From Octopus sinensis (lineage: Eukaryota), in contig NC_043007.1 of NCBI RefSeq assembly GCF_006345805.1, positions 13,020,001 through 13,084,000 on the forward strand: a stretch of DNA of 64,000 nt, written 5' to 3'. Below the pieces are notes generated by a model that had not been told where the DNA came from, made no database searches, and worked only from the letters and a program-made list of their open reading frames with translations. The translations under genes were made by a program, and so were the position numbers. Position 1 is the stretch's first letter. Each line of letters starts with the position of its first letter. Positions 62,503 to 64,000 of the stretch are shown here, piece after piece.

Positions 62503-62569
62503 CATTATCATTATTAATAATATTATTATTATTATTATCATTATCATTATTAATAATATTATTATTATT

Positions 62570-62613
<44 letters not shown>

Positions 62614-62630
62614 CATTATTATTATTATTT
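62400..62630. repeat. (AAT)n to (ATT/ATC)n microsatellite
   Basis: Direct reading. Confidence 0.95.
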
Positions 62631-63027
62631 CTAATTTAGGCGCAGGACCAGCAGTTTCACGGGGAGCACAACAGCCATGAAATATTTCGTTTATTGTAGG
62701 AACTGTTAGAAAAAGTATTAACAAAAACAATCTGTTGACATTTGGGTTTTCCTTTCTCTTTTTAAACCTTTGTTCGCAAGGAACAATGACATTAAACAGC
62801 AACCTTAGAACACATCATCTCTGAATAAACAGGATTTTGTATTTATTTAGGCAAAACTCTATTAAATCTAAATATTACTATTTTGGTTCTTCTATTTCGG
62901 AGCCGTTCTTGTTTCTTGTTTGTCATGTGACGATCTGAGATCACGTGTGTTGAAACGAAACACAGTTGTAGTAATGATAGCCATTTAAAATTACACACAC
63001 ACACACACCACACACACACACATTATA

Positions 63028-63475
63028 GGCGCAGGCGTGGTTGTGTGGTAAAAGGTTTGCATCTAAACTACATGGTTCCGGGATCATTCCCACTGCGTGG
63101 CACCTTGGGCATGTTTTCTACTATCGCGTTGGGATAACCTAAGCCTTGTGGGTGAATTTGGTAGACGGAAACTGAAAGAAGCCCGTCGTATATATATATA
63201 TATGTGTGTGTGTGTGTTTGTGAGTGTGTGTTTGTGAGTGTGTGCGTGTTTCTTTGTGTATGTTTTTGTCCTCCTCCGCCACCATCGCCACCACCACCTG
63301 ACAGTCGGTGTTGGTGTGTTTACATCCACGTAACTTAGCGGTTCTGTAAAAGAGATCGATAGAACAAGTACTAAGTCTTAGAAATAAAAAAGTAGTGGGG
63401 TCAATAAATTCAGCTAAAATTCTTCAAAACGCGTGTCCTGGCGTGGCCGCAGTCTAATGACTGAAAGCAGTAAAG
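63028..63475 (+). mobile_element. Older SINE family A
   Basis: Family match. Confidence 0.85.
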
Positions 63476-63504
63476 CATAATATTAAAAAAATGAATGTTC
63501 TCGA

Positions 63505-63737
63505 GCCATTCCAGGCTCACAAGGACCGGTTTCCCGGTTTCAGTGGCGTAGAAATTCCCCACCTGGATGGGACGCCGGTCCGTCGCAGGATTACTCATTT
63601 TTGCCAGCTGAGTGGCCTGGAGGAATGCGAAATGAAGTGTTTTGTTCAAGAACACAACGCGTCGCCGGTCCAGGAATCGAAACCACAAGCTTACAATCAT
63701 GAGTTCAACACCCTAACCACTAAGCCACGCGGCTCCA
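63505..63737 (-). mobile_element. SINE family D with V-domain-like tail
   Basis: Reverse strand CCTGCGACGGACCGGCGTCCCATCCAGG...GAAACCGGGAAACCGG. Confidence 0.85.
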
Positions 63738-63781
63738 CAAAGCATAATATATATATATAATATATATATAGTATATATATG

Positions 63782-63815
<34 letters not shown>

Positions 63816-63949
63816 TTGTATATATATATGTATGTAATATATATATATATATATGTAATATATATATATGTCTATATATATGTATAATATATAATATATA
63901 TATATTATAGATATATATATGTTATATATATGATATATAGATATATATG

Positions 63950-63982
<33 letters not shown>

Positions 63983-64000
63983 GTATTATATATATATATA

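Overview
Eukaryotic, AT-rich, microsatellite-dense DNA, most likely from an octopod (Octopus-type SINE repertoire, recognised from memory rather than by search). It looks like a large intron or intergenic region. No intact host protein-coding gene is supportable, and nearly all ORF-track entries are microsatellite or SINE artefacts. Contents: (i) many tRNA-derived SINEs, labelled A-E here, built from shuffled head, core and tail modules; (ii) 5'-truncated LINE remnants of four clades (CR1-like, L1/Tx1-like, RTE, Dong/R4), two of which share their 3' ends with SINE families A and B; (iii) DNA-transposon relics (Tc1/mariner, Tigger/pogo, Merlin-like, MITEs) and non-autonomous Helitrons; (iv) a set of foldback or partially duplicated elements in (TA)n with hammerhead-ribozyme motifs, consistent with Penelope-like elements, including one canonical-core hammerhead at 22312-22395. 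All calls are by eye, and boundaries are approximate unless a TSD or TIR is quoted.
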